DNA of 64,000 nucleotides from a bacterium (lineage in GTDB: Bacteria; Zixibacteria; MSB-5A5; GN15; FEB-12): NCBI GenBank assembly GCA_043819515.1, contig JBDRES010000040.1, forward strand, positions 76,871 through 140,870, written 5' to 3'. The notes beneath the pieces are model-generated. The model saw nothing but the letters and a program-made list of their open reading frames with translations. It did not search any database and was not told the origin of the DNA. Position 1 is the stretch's first letter; each line of letters starts with the position of its first letter. This document shows positions 37,122-47,045 of this stretch, piece after piece. The position numbers were made by a program, and so were the translations under genes.

Positions 37122-38810
37122 ATGCAAAGCGCCCTGCACATACTGTCGCTGGTAAACCAGATCAAGGCCGAACTGATTGGGGCCGAGATAGTTGCAACGG
37201 AATTCTACCGCAAAGAGCGGCTGGCGTACATTATCGCAAAAAAAGACAAAAACCGCCTGGCCCTGGGGCTGGATTATCATACTTCGGGCTATGCGACCTA
37301 CCTGATCCCGGCCTCCAAGATCCCCATCGATTCGCGCGAGAAGCCGTGGCCGTTCTTTGAGTTAGACCGCTTCAATATCGCCGGCGCCCGACAACTCGGG
37401 CTGGACCGGATATTTGAGTTGAGTCTTGAGAAGGCCGGTGAGCGCCGGACGGTTGTCTTTGAGGCCATCGGTCCAAATGGCAACTTGTGGCTGCTTGACG
37501 GCGATCGCAAACGAATTGCTACCTTGCGCAAGCGGTCATTCAACCAGGGTGAGGAGTACCAGCTGCTCCAGCCGCCGGATCGGTTGAATCCGTTCGAGCT
37601 CACCGCTGACCAGATTCGGCCGCTTTCACACGAGATGTCGCTGCCGCCGATTCGCATTGCCGAAAAACATATCGCCGGTATCAGCCCGACGTTGGCGCGA
37701 GAGGTCATTGTCCGAGCCGGACTGGAGGATGCCGATGCCGGGCCGTTCTCAGAGGACGATATCGAGTCGCTGATAAGAAGTGTCCGCGACACCTGCGAGC
37801 GTTTCCAATCGCCGCATACCGGTTACTTGCACAATGTTTACGGAAATTACGAAGCCCACCCGTTCAAGCTCGTCTCGGTCGCCGAACCGCCGGAGAAAAT
37901 CAAGACACTCTCTTTGGCGGTGATGTTGGCCGGTCGGCTGCAGCGAGATTCGACACAGACGGTCGACGAGCGCAAACTGACCCTCGATGCGGTCGAGCGA
38001 GCAGTAAAAAAGCTGACGGCGAGAATCGAAAAAATCGAATCCGACCTGGCGTTGGCCACAGATTTCGATAACTATCGCACGACCGCCGAGCTTCTGAAGA
38101 TCAACTTCGATCGCCTGAAGCGGGGTATGAGTTCGATCGATGTCGTTGATGTCTATACCGATCAACAGCGGGAGCTCGCCATTGCTCTCGAGCCGTCATT
38201 GGGGCCGCAAGAAAATGTCGAGGTATATGTCAAAAAGTACCGTAAGGCTCGCGACGGCCACCAACTGATGCAACGGCGTCTGGAAGTCAGCCGGGCGGAG
38301 CAGACTTCACTGGGTCGGATACTGGCAGCGCTCCAGGCGGATTTTGATTCCGCTCGCCGGCAGTACCAGGCCGAGCTGGATGACCTGAGGCCGCGCCAGG
38401 CGGCCCACCGCCGCGAATCGCTGCCGAGACTGCCCTATCGCGAGTATCAGCTTTCCTCGGGTGTCAAAATCTATGTCGGTCGCGACGGATCCGACAATGA
38501 TCGCACTACCTTTGACTATGCCAAACCGTATGAACTCTGGTTCCACGCCCAGCAGTGTCCCGGTTCGCACGTGGTAATGAAATTCCCCAACAAGTCATTC
38601 GCGCCCTCCAAACAGGAGATCGAGCAGACCGCCGCCGCCGCCGCGTATTTCTCCAAAGCCTCCAAGGACTCGTTGGTGCCGGTGATTTATACTGAACGCC
38701 GCCATGTCCACAAACCGCGCAAGGCAAAGCCGGGGTTGGTTACCGTCGAACGCGAGACGTCGGTCATGGTCCCGCCCCACAAACCGGAGACATGGTCCGA
38801 AGGTAGTTGA
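37122..38810 (+). CDS. rqcH: Ribosome quality-control factor RqcH (NFACT/FbpA family)
   Basis: NFACT-N LDRI and FEAIG..GN, HhH, coiled coil, NFACT-R VGR...ND, WFHA...GSHVV, KPRKAKPGLV. Confidence 0.9.
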   Translation: MQSALHILSLVNQIKAELIGAEIVATEFYRKERLAYIIAKKDKNRLALGLDYHTSGYATYLIPASKIPIDSREKPWPFFELDRFNIAGARQLGLDRIFELSLEKAGERRTVVFEAIGPNGNLWLLDGDRKRIATLRKRSFNQGEEYQLLQPPDRLNPFELTADQIRPLSHEMSLPPIRIAEKHIAGISPTLAREVIVRAGLEDADAGPFSEDDIESLIRSVRDTCERFQSPHTGYLHNVYGNYEAHPFKLVSVAEPPEKIKTLSLAVMLAGRLQRDSTQTVDERKLTLDAVERAVKKLTARIEKIESDLALATDFDNYRTTAELLKINFDRLKRGMSSIDVVDVYTDQQRELAIALEPSLGPQENVEVYVKKYRKARDGHQLMQRRLEVSRAEQTSLGRILAALQADFDSARRQYQAELDDLRPRQAAHRRESLPRLPYREYQLSSGVKIYVGRDGSDNDRTTFDYAKPYELWFHAQQCPGSHVVMKFPNKSFAPSKQEIEQTAAAAAYFSKASKDSLVPVIYTERRHVHKPRKAKPGLVTVERETSVMVPPHKPETWSEGS

Positions 38811-38951
38811 CCGTACCCCCGGCGGCCCTGCTATGTCCGCTCGCACCCGTTGATCAATGCTTGAATTCCGACAGGCGAGGGTGGTATTATAATCAGGTAA
38901 TTGGTCGAGGAGTCGTGATGGTTTTTGGGTGGCTTGCAGTAGGAGGAAATC

Positions 38952-39368
38952 ATGCCGTTTTGTCCTGAGTGCCGTTACGAGTATGGCGCCGATGTGGCCC
39001 GGTGCCCTGACTGCGATGTTGATCTGGTGGCCCATATGCCGGACGACGATGACCTATTGGACCAGGAAAGCAAGTACAAGGACTGGGTACAACTGGCCCG
39101 TCTCAATTCTCACGAATTTGCTCACATGATTGTCGAGGCCTTCCGCGCCAAAGATATTCCGGTGGTGTTGCTATCGGGCGCCGGGCATTTTGGCCAGACC
39201 GGTCAGATGGGGGTGACATCACGTGCTGTTGGTGGCGCGTTTTCGATTAATGTCCCCAAGGAGTTTGTCATCCAGGCCGATCAGGAGGGCGAGGGGATCC
39301 TCGGTGAGGAGTGGCAGGCCTCCCGTCTGGTTGACATTGAATCTGATGACGGTCCTGGTCCGTCCTAA
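38952..39368 (+). CDS. Zn-ribbon + DUF2007-like (putative signal-transducing) protein
   Basis: MPFCPECRYEY...CPDCDVDLV, then EFAHMIVEAFRAKDIP...INVP. AGGAGG SD. Confidence 0.75.
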   Translation: MPFCPECRYEYGADVARCPDCDVDLVAHMPDDDDLLDQESKYKDWVQLARLNSHEFAHMIVEAFRAKDIPVVLLSGAGHFGQTGQMGVTSRAVGGAFSINVPKEFVIQADQEGEGILGEEWQASRLVDIESDDGPGPS

Positions 39369-39497
39369 GCCACAGCTAATCATCGGGTCCAGCCGACCTT
39401 GTCGGGTCATTCGGAGATATGTCGCCGATGACTTGACGACCCTTTCGGTGTCTGTTGGTTGCCTTCTTCTGTGACTGTCGTCTATTTCCAAATGTCA

Positions 39498-39649
39498 GTT
39501 TTTGCGAGGCGGACCTTCCGGCCTGCCGGCGTTTGCTATCCAAGGAAGATACGGTGATGCCGCAGCCGAGGGTACTTGCTTCTACCTCGACAGAGTGTCG
39601 TGATTCAAGACGATTGGCGTGCCCGCCGCCGGCCTGGCTCGCAATGATG
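39498..39649. repeat. Degenerate intergenic inverted-repeat element
   Basis: TTGCGAG (about 39502) and CTCGCAA (39638) termini, with inner GCTATCC / GATTGGC. Confidence 0.4.
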
Positions 39650-39690
39650 AGTTCTTGACGGTGCGAACAAGTGACTTATTCAACATGCCC

Positions 39691-41016
39691 CTAGCCCTGG
39701 CGGTCCAGGCCGAGTTTTTTTGCTTTTTTGTACAGGTGCGATCGTTCCAGTCCCAGTTCGCGCGCGGCGCGAGTGAAATTGCCGTTGTGCCGCTTGATGA
39801 CCGATGAAATGAAATCGCGCTCGAAGTCGTCGACGGCGTCCTTCAGGCGGGCGGACTGGTCGCCCGTCAGCGGCAACAGAGAACGCAACTGCGCCGGGTC
39901 GACTTCATCGCGATCGCAGTAAATGCCGATCCGCTCGGCCAGGTTGCGCAACTCGCGAACGTTGCCGGGGAACTCGTAGCCACTCAGTAGTTGCAGAGAT
40001 GACTTCGTCAGTCGCTTTGGGGCGGATTTGGTCTCGGTCGCAAAGCGGGCCAGGAAATGATCCAGCAGCAGGGGGATGTCCTGGGGTCGTTGGCGTAGCG
40101 GAGGTAGTTGATACTGCACGACATTCAAGCGATAGAGCAGATCCTGACGAAACGACCCCTCTTTGACCATAGCGTCGACATCGCGATTGGTAGCGGCAAT
40201 GACATTGCCCTCGACCTTAATCTCCTTGCCGGATCCCAGCGGGATGACCGTGCGTGTCTCCAGTGTCCGGAGAATCTTGGCCTGAGCTGCGGGCGGCATC
40301 TCGCTGATCTCATCCAGGAAGATCGATCCCTGATGAGCCTGCACAAAATGCCCGTTGCGCGCTTTTCCCGCCCCGGTGAAGGCCCCGGCCGTGTGGCCGA
40401 ACAATTCCGCCTCGATGAGCTCGCGCGGCAGGGCGGCGCAATTGACCGCCACAAAGGGACCGCCTGAGAATTGACTACTCTGGTGGATCAGATGCGCTAC
40501 CAGTTCCTTGCCGGTGCCGTTCTCGCCGGTGATCAGAAACCGTGTCGCCTTGGGCGCCGACTTGGCCACCGACTCTCGCAGGGCAACCATGGCCGGGGAC
40601 TCACCTATCAAATGTCCATAGACACTGCGGGCAAGGCGATGACTGGCCTGATTCATGGCCGTGGTGCGCACGGCGTTGTCTATGGTCACCAGCAGACGTT
40701 CCAAGGAAATCGGTTTTTCGATAAAGTCGTAGGCGCCGCGGCGAATGGCGGCGACAGCCATATCCACGTCGGCGTGGCCTGAGATCATTACCACCGTCTG
40801 GCCGCTGTCGGCCAGCAGTATCTGATCAAGAAGATCCAGGCCGCTGCCGTCCGGGAGCATAACGTCCAGCAGGATCAAGTCGTAACCCTGGTCCGTTTGT
40901 GGTCGAGCGGCGGCTATCGAATCGGCCAGGTCAACCTGGTGATCCCGTCGCTCGAGGGCCGATTGCAAAGTCCGGCGGATATTGGCCTCATCATCAACTA
41001 TCAGAATACGTGCCAT
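39691..41016 (-). CDS. sigma54-dependent response regulator (NtrC/NtrX family)
   Basis: REC (VDDE, LLDVMLPD, KP), GENGTGKE, ELFGH, GAFTGA, FLDEI, FRQDLLYRLNV, PGNVREL, Fis-type HTH. Confidence 0.96.
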   Translation of the reverse strand: MARILIVDDEANIRRTLQSALERRDHQVDLADSIAAARPQTDQGYDLILLDVMLPDGSGLDLLDQILLADSGQTVVMISGHADVDMAVAAIRRGAYDFIEKPISLERLLVTIDNAVRTTAMNQASHRLARSVYGHLIGESPAMVALRESVAKSAPKATRFLITGENGTGKELVAHLIHQSSQFSGGPFVAVNCAALPRELIEAELFGHTAGAFTGAGKARNGHFVQAHQGSIFLDEISEMPPAAQAKILRTLETRTVIPLGSGKEIKVEGNVIAATNRDVDAMVKEGSFRQDLLYRLNVVQYQLPPLRQRPQDIPLLLDHFLARFATETKSAPKRLTKSSLQLLSGYEFPGNVRELRNLAERIGIYCDRDEVDPAQLRSLLPLTGDQSARLKDAVDDFERDFISSVIKRHNGNFTRAARELGLERSHLYKKAKKLGLDRQG

Positions 41017-41018
41017 AA

Positions 41019-42656
41019 TCAGATCCTTGGGATTTCAATCAGAATCCCGGCGCCGCCGTTCGGGCGGTTATATAGTTCGATGTGGCCACCATGATCCTGC
41101 ACCAGTCGCAGGACCACCACCAATCCCAGACCCGTGCCGGTCTTCTTGGTCGACGTGTATGGCCTGAAGGGATCAGCCAGGCGCTCGTTATCAAAACCGG
41201 GTCCGTCGTCTTCCACGCGCAGCAGCAGTCCCGCCTGCGGGTCACAAGTGACTGTCATCGTCGCCGAAGTATCTGGTCCAGCCTCAAGGCTGTTCTTGAT
41301 CAGGTTAATGGCGACCTGCTTGAGGGCGTCGGGGTCGAAGTGAAATGATCCCAGATTTGTTGTCTTCTTTATCTGCAGTCGGCCATTCCGAATCTCCGAC
41401 GCAAATAGCGCTGACAACGACTGCATCCACTCGTCAAGACTGGACTTGCGGGGTTCCGGTGATTTCATCCGCGCAAAGCCGACAAATTGATCCAGGAGAT
41501 CGGTAATGCGACCTATCTCTTCCTTGATTGTTGAGGTTGTCTTTTCGAGGATATTGGCCAAGTCAGGTTGACCCTCTTTGAACGAAAGTCGCAAGTCATC
41601 AATGCCGATGCTGATCGGCGTTAGCGGGTTCTTGATTTCGTGCGCTACTTTGCGGCCGACCTGTTGCCAGGCCGCGATCTTCTCCGCTGCCGCCAGTCGC
41701 TGTCGCGAGCGGCGCAGTCGGACCATCATGTCCGAAAGCGAGTCGGCCAACAGCGAAAACTCCCCCTCTTCGTAGGCCATGACCGGTGTCGACAGATCAC
41801 CACCGGCCACGCGGGTAGATGCCTGAACCAGGTTGGTGATCTCCCGTTGGGCTCGTCCGGTGATTAGCAATCCCAAAGCAATAGCTACCAAGCCCGACAA
41901 CATGGCCACCAGCAGAGCCACGGTGAGCATCCTATCCATCTCAAAACTCCCGGCGGCGCCGCGAAAGGATGCTACCAAATAGACCGGCGGGTCCTCGTTG
42001 GCGATCAGCATGCCCTGCAGCATATCATCCTGACGATAAATCTCTCCCAGTGCCATGGACGCATAGGCCGGAGGTGCGTCGGTGTCTGCGTATAGCTTTA
42101 GGTCGGCGTCCAGAAGATCGGACAGGTATTCCAGATCCAGGCTATCCATATATTTCCCGGCATAGACAAAGGTCCCGGATGTCATGGCCGTCAGTCCTGA
42201 GAATGCGATATGGGCACCGTCGGCATCGTACTCAATACTGGTGACAACCTCCCCCGGAGTATTCTGCTGCAGACGCCGGAATGGTGTCAACACTTGATTG
42301 GTGAGCCCGGGACGATCAAATGACGAACGCACGATCCCGACCGAGTCAACAACCTCCACGAAGTCGAGTCGGTAAACACGGGGGTCGCCCTGAAGTCGGG
42401 GTGGCTGATGCTGCGCTACCGCTTGAGCCGTCCGAACGATACCGGGATCGACAACCAATTGGGCCAGACGAGTCCTCACGTCACTTCTGAGACGTCGCTG
42501 GTAAGTATGAAACTTACCCAGATCATGATGAGCTTTGCGCTGATCGGCGAGGGTATGATCGCGCTGGATAAAATAGTAAACCAACCCCAGGAGCACCAGC
42601 GACGGCACCACCGCCACCGCCACCAGGTAAATGCGAATCCGTGATCCAAAAGTCAT
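41019..42656 (-). CDS. Sensor histidine kinase (NtrY-like; 2 TM, HAMP, HisKA, HATPase)
   Basis: VAHEIKNPLTPI, NLIKNS, DDGPG, GTGLGL. GGAGG SD and ATGA overlap at 42656. Confidence 0.93.
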   Translation of the reverse strand: MTFGSRIRIYLVAVAVVPSLVLLGLVYYFIQRDHTLADQRKAHHDLGKFHTYQRRLRSDVRTRLAQLVVDPGIVRTAQAVAQHQPPRLQGDPRVYRLDFVEVVDSVGIVRSSFDRPGLTNQVLTPFRRLQQNTPGEVVTSIEYDADGAHIAFSGLTAMTSGTFVYAGKYMDSLDLEYLSDLLDADLKLYADTDAPPAYASMALGEIYRQDDMLQGMLIANEDPPVYLVASFRGAAGSFEMDRMLTVALLVAMLSGLVAIALGLLITGRAQREITNLVQASTRVAGGDLSTPVMAYEEGEFSLLADSLSDMMVRLRRSRQRLAAAEKIAAWQQVGRKVAHEIKNPLTPISIGIDDLRLSFKEGQPDLANILEKTTSTIKEEIGRITDLLDQFVGFARMKSPEPRKSSLDEWMQSLSALFASEIRNGRLQIKKTTNLGSFHFDPDALKQVAINLIKNSLEAGPDTSATMTVTCDPQAGLLLRVEDDGPGFDNERLADPFRPYTSTKKTGTGLGLVVVLRLVQDHGGHIELYNRPNGGAGILIEIPRI

Positions 42657-43915
42657 CGCATGGCTTCCTCCATTGCGGGCGTGAGCGTCAAGCAAACCAG
42701 GTTGCCGACATCGAGGCGACCGCTATTGTCAAAGCGGAGTCCCTGAAGCTCAGGGGTGGTGTAGGCGTAGACAGTCGGTCGAAACAGCCCAAACACGCCC
42801 AAGTCTCTGATTAGGACCTGCTCGGCCAAATGTAAAAAATGATCCCGCTGGTCCTGCATCCTTCTGGCCGAATCGAGATATCCGGCGACAATATCCAAAG
42901 CCTCACGTTGGTTGCGATAGTGGGGCTGGTTGACGCTCAGCCGCCTACGGATCTGCTCCAATAAGCGGCTGGGGTTGTCGACATCAACCGGCAGCCAGAC
43001 CAGATCAATATCAGCCTCGCTTTGATCGGCCTGCTTGACCCTGATCTGAGATCGGGCGAGAAAGTCGCCCAAGAATCGCATCATCGGCAGGAGTTCGTTT
43101 CCGGCCGGGCTTACGGTCACGGTGTTATCGGCCGGTTGGTTCATCAAGAGTAACTGCCGACCTGCCTGTGGATCATAGGGAAACTGACGCACCGCCGTGG
43201 AATCAAAAACAGTCAGCGATGGCGCCATGGTCGCCTCCGACCCGTCCCAACAAATCCACAGGTTGTGTTCGCTCAGGTGATAGTAGAGGGCCGTAGTCAG
43301 AAGCCCGTCGCGATGGCAAGGTTTGGCCAGGTTGGGGATCATCACGGCCACAAACGGGGCGGGCGAGGAGAGTTGCCTATCAAAGACACCGGACTGAGGC
43401 CACTCCAGATAGCCAACATGACACCCCGGAGACAGGTTCATCGCATCGGCCGCCGGGCGTGTGCCCACGAAGGAGCACGCCGAAAAGTCGATGGCTGCCG
43501 GGTGGAGTGAGTCATCAGATTCCGGCCGATCGGTAGCAAAAAAGCTCGCCGTCGCGCTGTCAATCTGATGGAATGTGAAATACGCTGACAAATCCGCGCT
43601 GTCCAATCGGTCGGCGGACTCGACCGAGAATGCACACGATGAATCTCTTAGCCCGATCAATGGGGTGTCGATAGGCTGACTGAAGCACACCCCAGGGATC
43701 GATTGCTCGATGCTTCCGGCGGCGACCGTGTCACCGGCGCAAAAGCATAACCACCGGCTGCCCGGAAAAACGTAGTCATCGCACCCGGCCGAGAAGTACG
43801 CCCGATTACTTCGGACCTGCAACAAATCGCATTCGATCCACTCACCGTGAGCTACTGAAGCCGGGATCAAAAAAATGACCAGCATTGTCAGGCACCAGAC
43901 TCGCATCAAATCCAT
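42653..43915 (-). CDS. Secreted hypothetical protein, C-terminal part resembling a degenerate family-5 solute-binding protein
   Basis: Signal peptide (start 43915 or 43906), FPYDPQAGRQLL, AEQVLIRD...LFRP..Y. Coupled to the kinase gene. Confidence 0.6.
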   Translation of the reverse strand: MDLMRVWCLTMLVIFLIPASVAHGEWIECDLLQVRSNRAYFSAGCDDYVFPGSRWLCFCAGDTVAAGSIEQSIPGVCFSQPIDTPLIGLRDSSCAFSVESADRLDSADLSAYFTFHQIDSATASFFATDRPESDDSLHPAAIDFSACSFVGTRPAADAMNLSPGCHVGYLEWPQSGVFDRQLSSPAPFVAVMIPNLAKPCHRDGLLTTALYYHLSEHNLWICWDGSEATMAPSLTVFDSTAVRQFPYDPQAGRQLLLMNQPADNTVTVSPAGNELLPMMRFLGDFLARSQIRVKQADQSEADIDLVWLPVDVDNPSRLLEQIRRRLSVNQPHYRNQREALDIVAGYLDSARRMQDQRDHFLHLAEQVLIRDLGVFGLFRPTVYAYTTPELQGLRFDNSGRLDVGNLVCLTLTPAMEEAMR

Positions 43916-43952
43916 CCTTAGGTTAACTCTTCTACAATAGGTCGTCCAAAGC

Positions 43953-44140
43953 GAGTGTGTTTTGACACACTTTGTGGTGTGTCTAAGTTGCCACGCCCAA
44001 GTCATTATACAGCAAAGTGATGTCCTGAGTCAAATAGAATGTGTGTCAATGGTGACACGATTTGGCTCGGCAGAACGTTGGTTATGCGCACACAATTGAT
44101 TGTACCACAATCGTTTAAGCGCTGCGGCACGCGCCTTGTT
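43953..44140 (+). promoter_or_regulatory. sigma54 promoter with three palindromic upstream activator sites
   Basis: CGGCACGCGCCTTGTT at 44125-44140. GTGTCA-N4-TGACAC-type sites at 44043 (perfect), 43979 and 43953. Confidence 0.65.
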
Positions 44141-44186
44141 ATGGTTCTCATCAGAACTTACAACCTGAACCCGAAAGGAGACTACC

Positions 44187-45269
44187 ATGAAATCATTCCA
44201 AAGAATACCAGCCATCAGCCTGACCCTGGCGGCGCTTCTCATCGCTATTGTTGGCTGCAGTTCCGAAAGCAAGTCCGACGACCACGGTCTTGTCGCAGAA
44301 GTAGTTGACAGTGTAGCTGCGGCCGTGGCCGATAACCTGGCCGAGATACGAACCGCTCAGGCCGCCTCGCTGGAACGCGACGATATCCGAGCGGCGGCCA
44401 TGCCGGTCGTCGGACCGCCCGCACCGGTTACCGGTATGTTCGACATGAACGACATGATGGTTGCCGGTGGCAAGATCTACTCCGTTTTTGACGGCGGGGT
44501 GGTTGTCTATGACCTGGCCACCAAGAGCCAAGCGACAATCCCGATACAAGAAAACCTGCAGGCTGTGGCCGAACACCAGGGTACCGTCTATGTCGGCGGT
44601 GACTATCTTTATGTCGTTGGCGATGGTGCCGTCAGGCGCCTGGACTACGAATTTGAAGGGGTTATCCAGTGTCTTGAGGGGCATGACAATGCCCTCATGA
44701 TCGGCACCACCGCCGGGCTATACTCGCACAGCCGGTTGGGTCGCGAGCAATTGCTCCAGGGCATTCCGGTCACGGCGCTAGCCTCGGAATCGGCCGCTCT
44801 CTGGGTGGGCACCGACGGTCAGGGTTTGTACCGGTGGGATGGCGACGAATTCCGCAGACGTTTCCTGGTGCGCGATGAGACCCTGTTCGACTCGGTGCTG
44901 GCGCTGGACTTTGCTCACGATCATCTGTATGTCGGGTCCAAGAACGGGCTGCATGTTTACAACGGCGGCAGGTGGGACAACTATGGTCCCGATGACGGTC
45001 TGCCGGAGGGCCGGCTGAACTCCATCGATGCCTCGGCATGGGTGGTCTATATCGGCACCGAAACCGGCGTCGTCAGTTTCTATAACGGCGTTCTTGAGCC
45101 GGTCGAAAAGCTTGATACCATCGCCGCTCAGGCAGTCAGGTCGCTTTCGCGGCAAGTCCTGGTAGCCACCGATCGCGAGGGCATCCTGGTCAAGTCGGGT
45201 CGAATGGTAAGAACCCTTGTGGCACCGGAGGTTGACGCCGGGGAGGAGATGGTTACTCTTAGCCAATGA
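44187..45269 (+). CDS. Lipoprotein with beta-propeller-like repeats
   Basis: Lipobox IVGC, repeated LWVGTDGQGL / LYVGSKNGL / VYIGTETGV blades, DGLP. Confidence 0.8.
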   Translation: MKSFQRIPAISLTLAALLIAIVGCSSESKSDDHGLVAEVVDSVAAAVADNLAEIRTAQAASLERDDIRAAAMPVVGPPAPVTGMFDMNDMMVAGGKIYSVFDGGVVVYDLATKSQATIPIQENLQAVAEHQGTVYVGGDYLYVVGDGAVRRLDYEFEGVIQCLEGHDNALMIGTTAGLYSHSRLGREQLLQGIPVTALASESAALWVGTDGQGLYRWDGDEFRRRFLVRDETLFDSVLALDFAHDHLYVGSKNGLHVYNGGRWDNYGPDDGLPEGRLNSIDASAWVVYIGTETGVVSFYNGVLEPVEKLDTIAAQAVRSLSRQVLVATDREGILVKSGRMVRTLVAPEVDAGEEMVTLSQ

Positions 45270-45296
45270 GAGAGGGCAGCCTATGATGTCAGCAAG

Positions 45297-45327
45297 AAAC
45301 CCCCGAGCCGCACGTCGGGGGTTTTTT
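45297..45327. terminator. Intrinsic terminator
   Basis: AAACCCCCGA-GCCGCACG-TCGGGGGTTTTTT. Confidence 0.85.
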
Positions 45328-45371
45328 GTAGATTCACTCGGACGATCGTCCTACCTAGAAGCGTATAGGAT

Positions 45372-46958
45372 CTATTTTTCAGATGACTTCTGGAGCGCTT
45401 GTTTGTCGACCTTGCCCGATTGATATTTCGGCAGACTGTCGACAAACTCGATGTACTTGGGCACCTTGTGTACCGCCATTTTCAGACGGCAATGGTCCTT
45501 CAGCTCCTGATCTGTCAGGGACGAACCCTCGCGCCTCACTACAAAAGCCCTGATCGCTTCACCGAGAATATCATCAGGCACACTGATAACGGCCGCCTCC
45601 CGCAGGTCCGGGTTGGACAACAGACACTCTTCGACTTCCTTGGCGCTGACCCGATTGCCACCAACCTTGATGATCTCTTTCTTACGCGAGACAATATACA
45701 GATAGCCGTCTTCATCCCGTCGGGCCAAATCACCGGTAAACAGACGACCATCGCGCAGGACCTGCTCTTGCTCGTCGGGCTGATTCCAGTAACCCATCAT
45801 CACGTTGGGTCCTTCAAGAACAATCTCGCCTACTTCGTTCTCGCCGCAGGGACGGCCATTGTTGTCCAGCAGATGAATCGTGATCCCAGGCACGCCGATA
45901 CCTATGGATCCGATCTTGGCGCGCAGTCTGTCCGGAGGGCAGTAGGTAGCGCGCGGCGAGGCCTCAGTCTGCCCGTACATGATGAACAGCCGGCGGCCAT
46001 CGAATGCTTCCATAGTCCGGCGGATAACATCCGGGGCCATAGCTCCTCCCGCCTGGGTCAAATATCGCAAGTGCGGAAGATCGGCCGACGAAAAACCCTT
46101 CTTACCCAACAGCAGCATGAAATTGGAGGGAACTCCGGAAAAACCGGTCACCTTCTTTTCGGCCATTGTCTTCAGAATCACCTGCGGGAAAGCAAAACGG
46201 TTGTCGATGACCAGCGTCCCACCGCACAAAGCGTGGGTAAGCAAAAGGGAGTTGCCATAGATGTAATAGAACGGCAGGATGACCATGACCGAGTCACCGG
46301 CCGTGAGCCCAAGATACTCGACCGTGGCCACCGTATTGGAAATCAAATTACGGTGCGAGAGCATGACACCCTTAGGCGTTCCGGTACTACCGCTGGTATA
46401 GAAAATGGCCGCCAACTCCGGCGAACAAGAGGGGAGGCTCTCAGTTTTCAGTGGCTCAATGGCCGCGAGCAGGGCATCGTCATCGGAATCGTTTTCCGGC
46501 GTAGAATCCGAGCCCAGCCATAGGTCCCAGGAGTACATCTTACCAACAGCAGTTGGTGCGGGCGTGTCGGCATCGCAGACCACCCACTTCAGTGTTGACT
46601 CCGGCGGCGCGATCTGATCCAGGTGTTTGGTATACTTGCCCTGAATGAAAAGACCGCTCGCCCGGCAGTCATTGAGCAGGTATGCGATCCGCTCCGGACT
46701 AAGGGATGTATCGATGGGCACAATCACATGCCCGGCGGCGCTGATTGCGAAATAGGCCGTCACATATTCGATGCTGTTGTCCCAAAGGAGGCCGATCCGG
46801 GAGCCGGCCGGCAGTTTGCCGGCTTCGATGGCCCGTTTCAGCAACATACATTGCGCGCGAAGCTGCCTATAGGAGATCTGACGCTGATCGTGTATGACGG
46901 CCGCTTGATGGGGTGATCCAGCCGCGCCGTGGTCGAGTATGTCTTCGAGTTTTAGCAT
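45372..46958 (-). CDS. AMP-forming acyl-CoA ligase (ANL superfamily)
   Basis: YTSGSTGTPKG, YGQTE, TGDL, R.K..IK..G, GKVDK. Confidence 0.93.
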   Translation of the reverse strand: MLKLEDILDHGAAGSPHQAAVIHDQRQISYRQLRAQCMLLKRAIEAGKLPAGSRIGLLWDNSIEYVTAYFAISAAGHVIVPIDTSLSPERIAYLLNDCRASGLFIQGKYTKHLDQIAPPESTLKWVVCDADTPAPTAVGKMYSWDLWLGSDSTPENDSDDDALLAAIEPLKTESLPSCSPELAAIFYTSGSTGTPKGVMLSHRNLISNTVATVEYLGLTAGDSVMVILPFYYIYGNSLLLTHALCGGTLVIDNRFAFPQVILKTMAEKKVTGFSGVPSNFMLLLGKKGFSSADLPHLRYLTQAGGAMAPDVIRRTMEAFDGRRLFIMYGQTEASPRATYCPPDRLRAKIGSIGIGVPGITIHLLDNNGRPCGENEVGEIVLEGPNVMMGYWNQPDEQEQVLRDGRLFTGDLARRDEDGYLYIVSRKKEIIKVGGNRVSAKEVEECLLSNPDLREAAVISVPDDILGEAIRAFVVRREGSSLTDQELKDHCRLKMAVHKVPKYIEFVDSLPKYQSGKVDKQALQKSSEK

Positions 46959-47045
46959 GCTTACGAAACGCTATTTTACTACTACCGGTTCTGCTAGTTA
47001 TCGTCAAGCTCCGCGCCATACCTCACCCGGTTTGGCCTCAATAAT

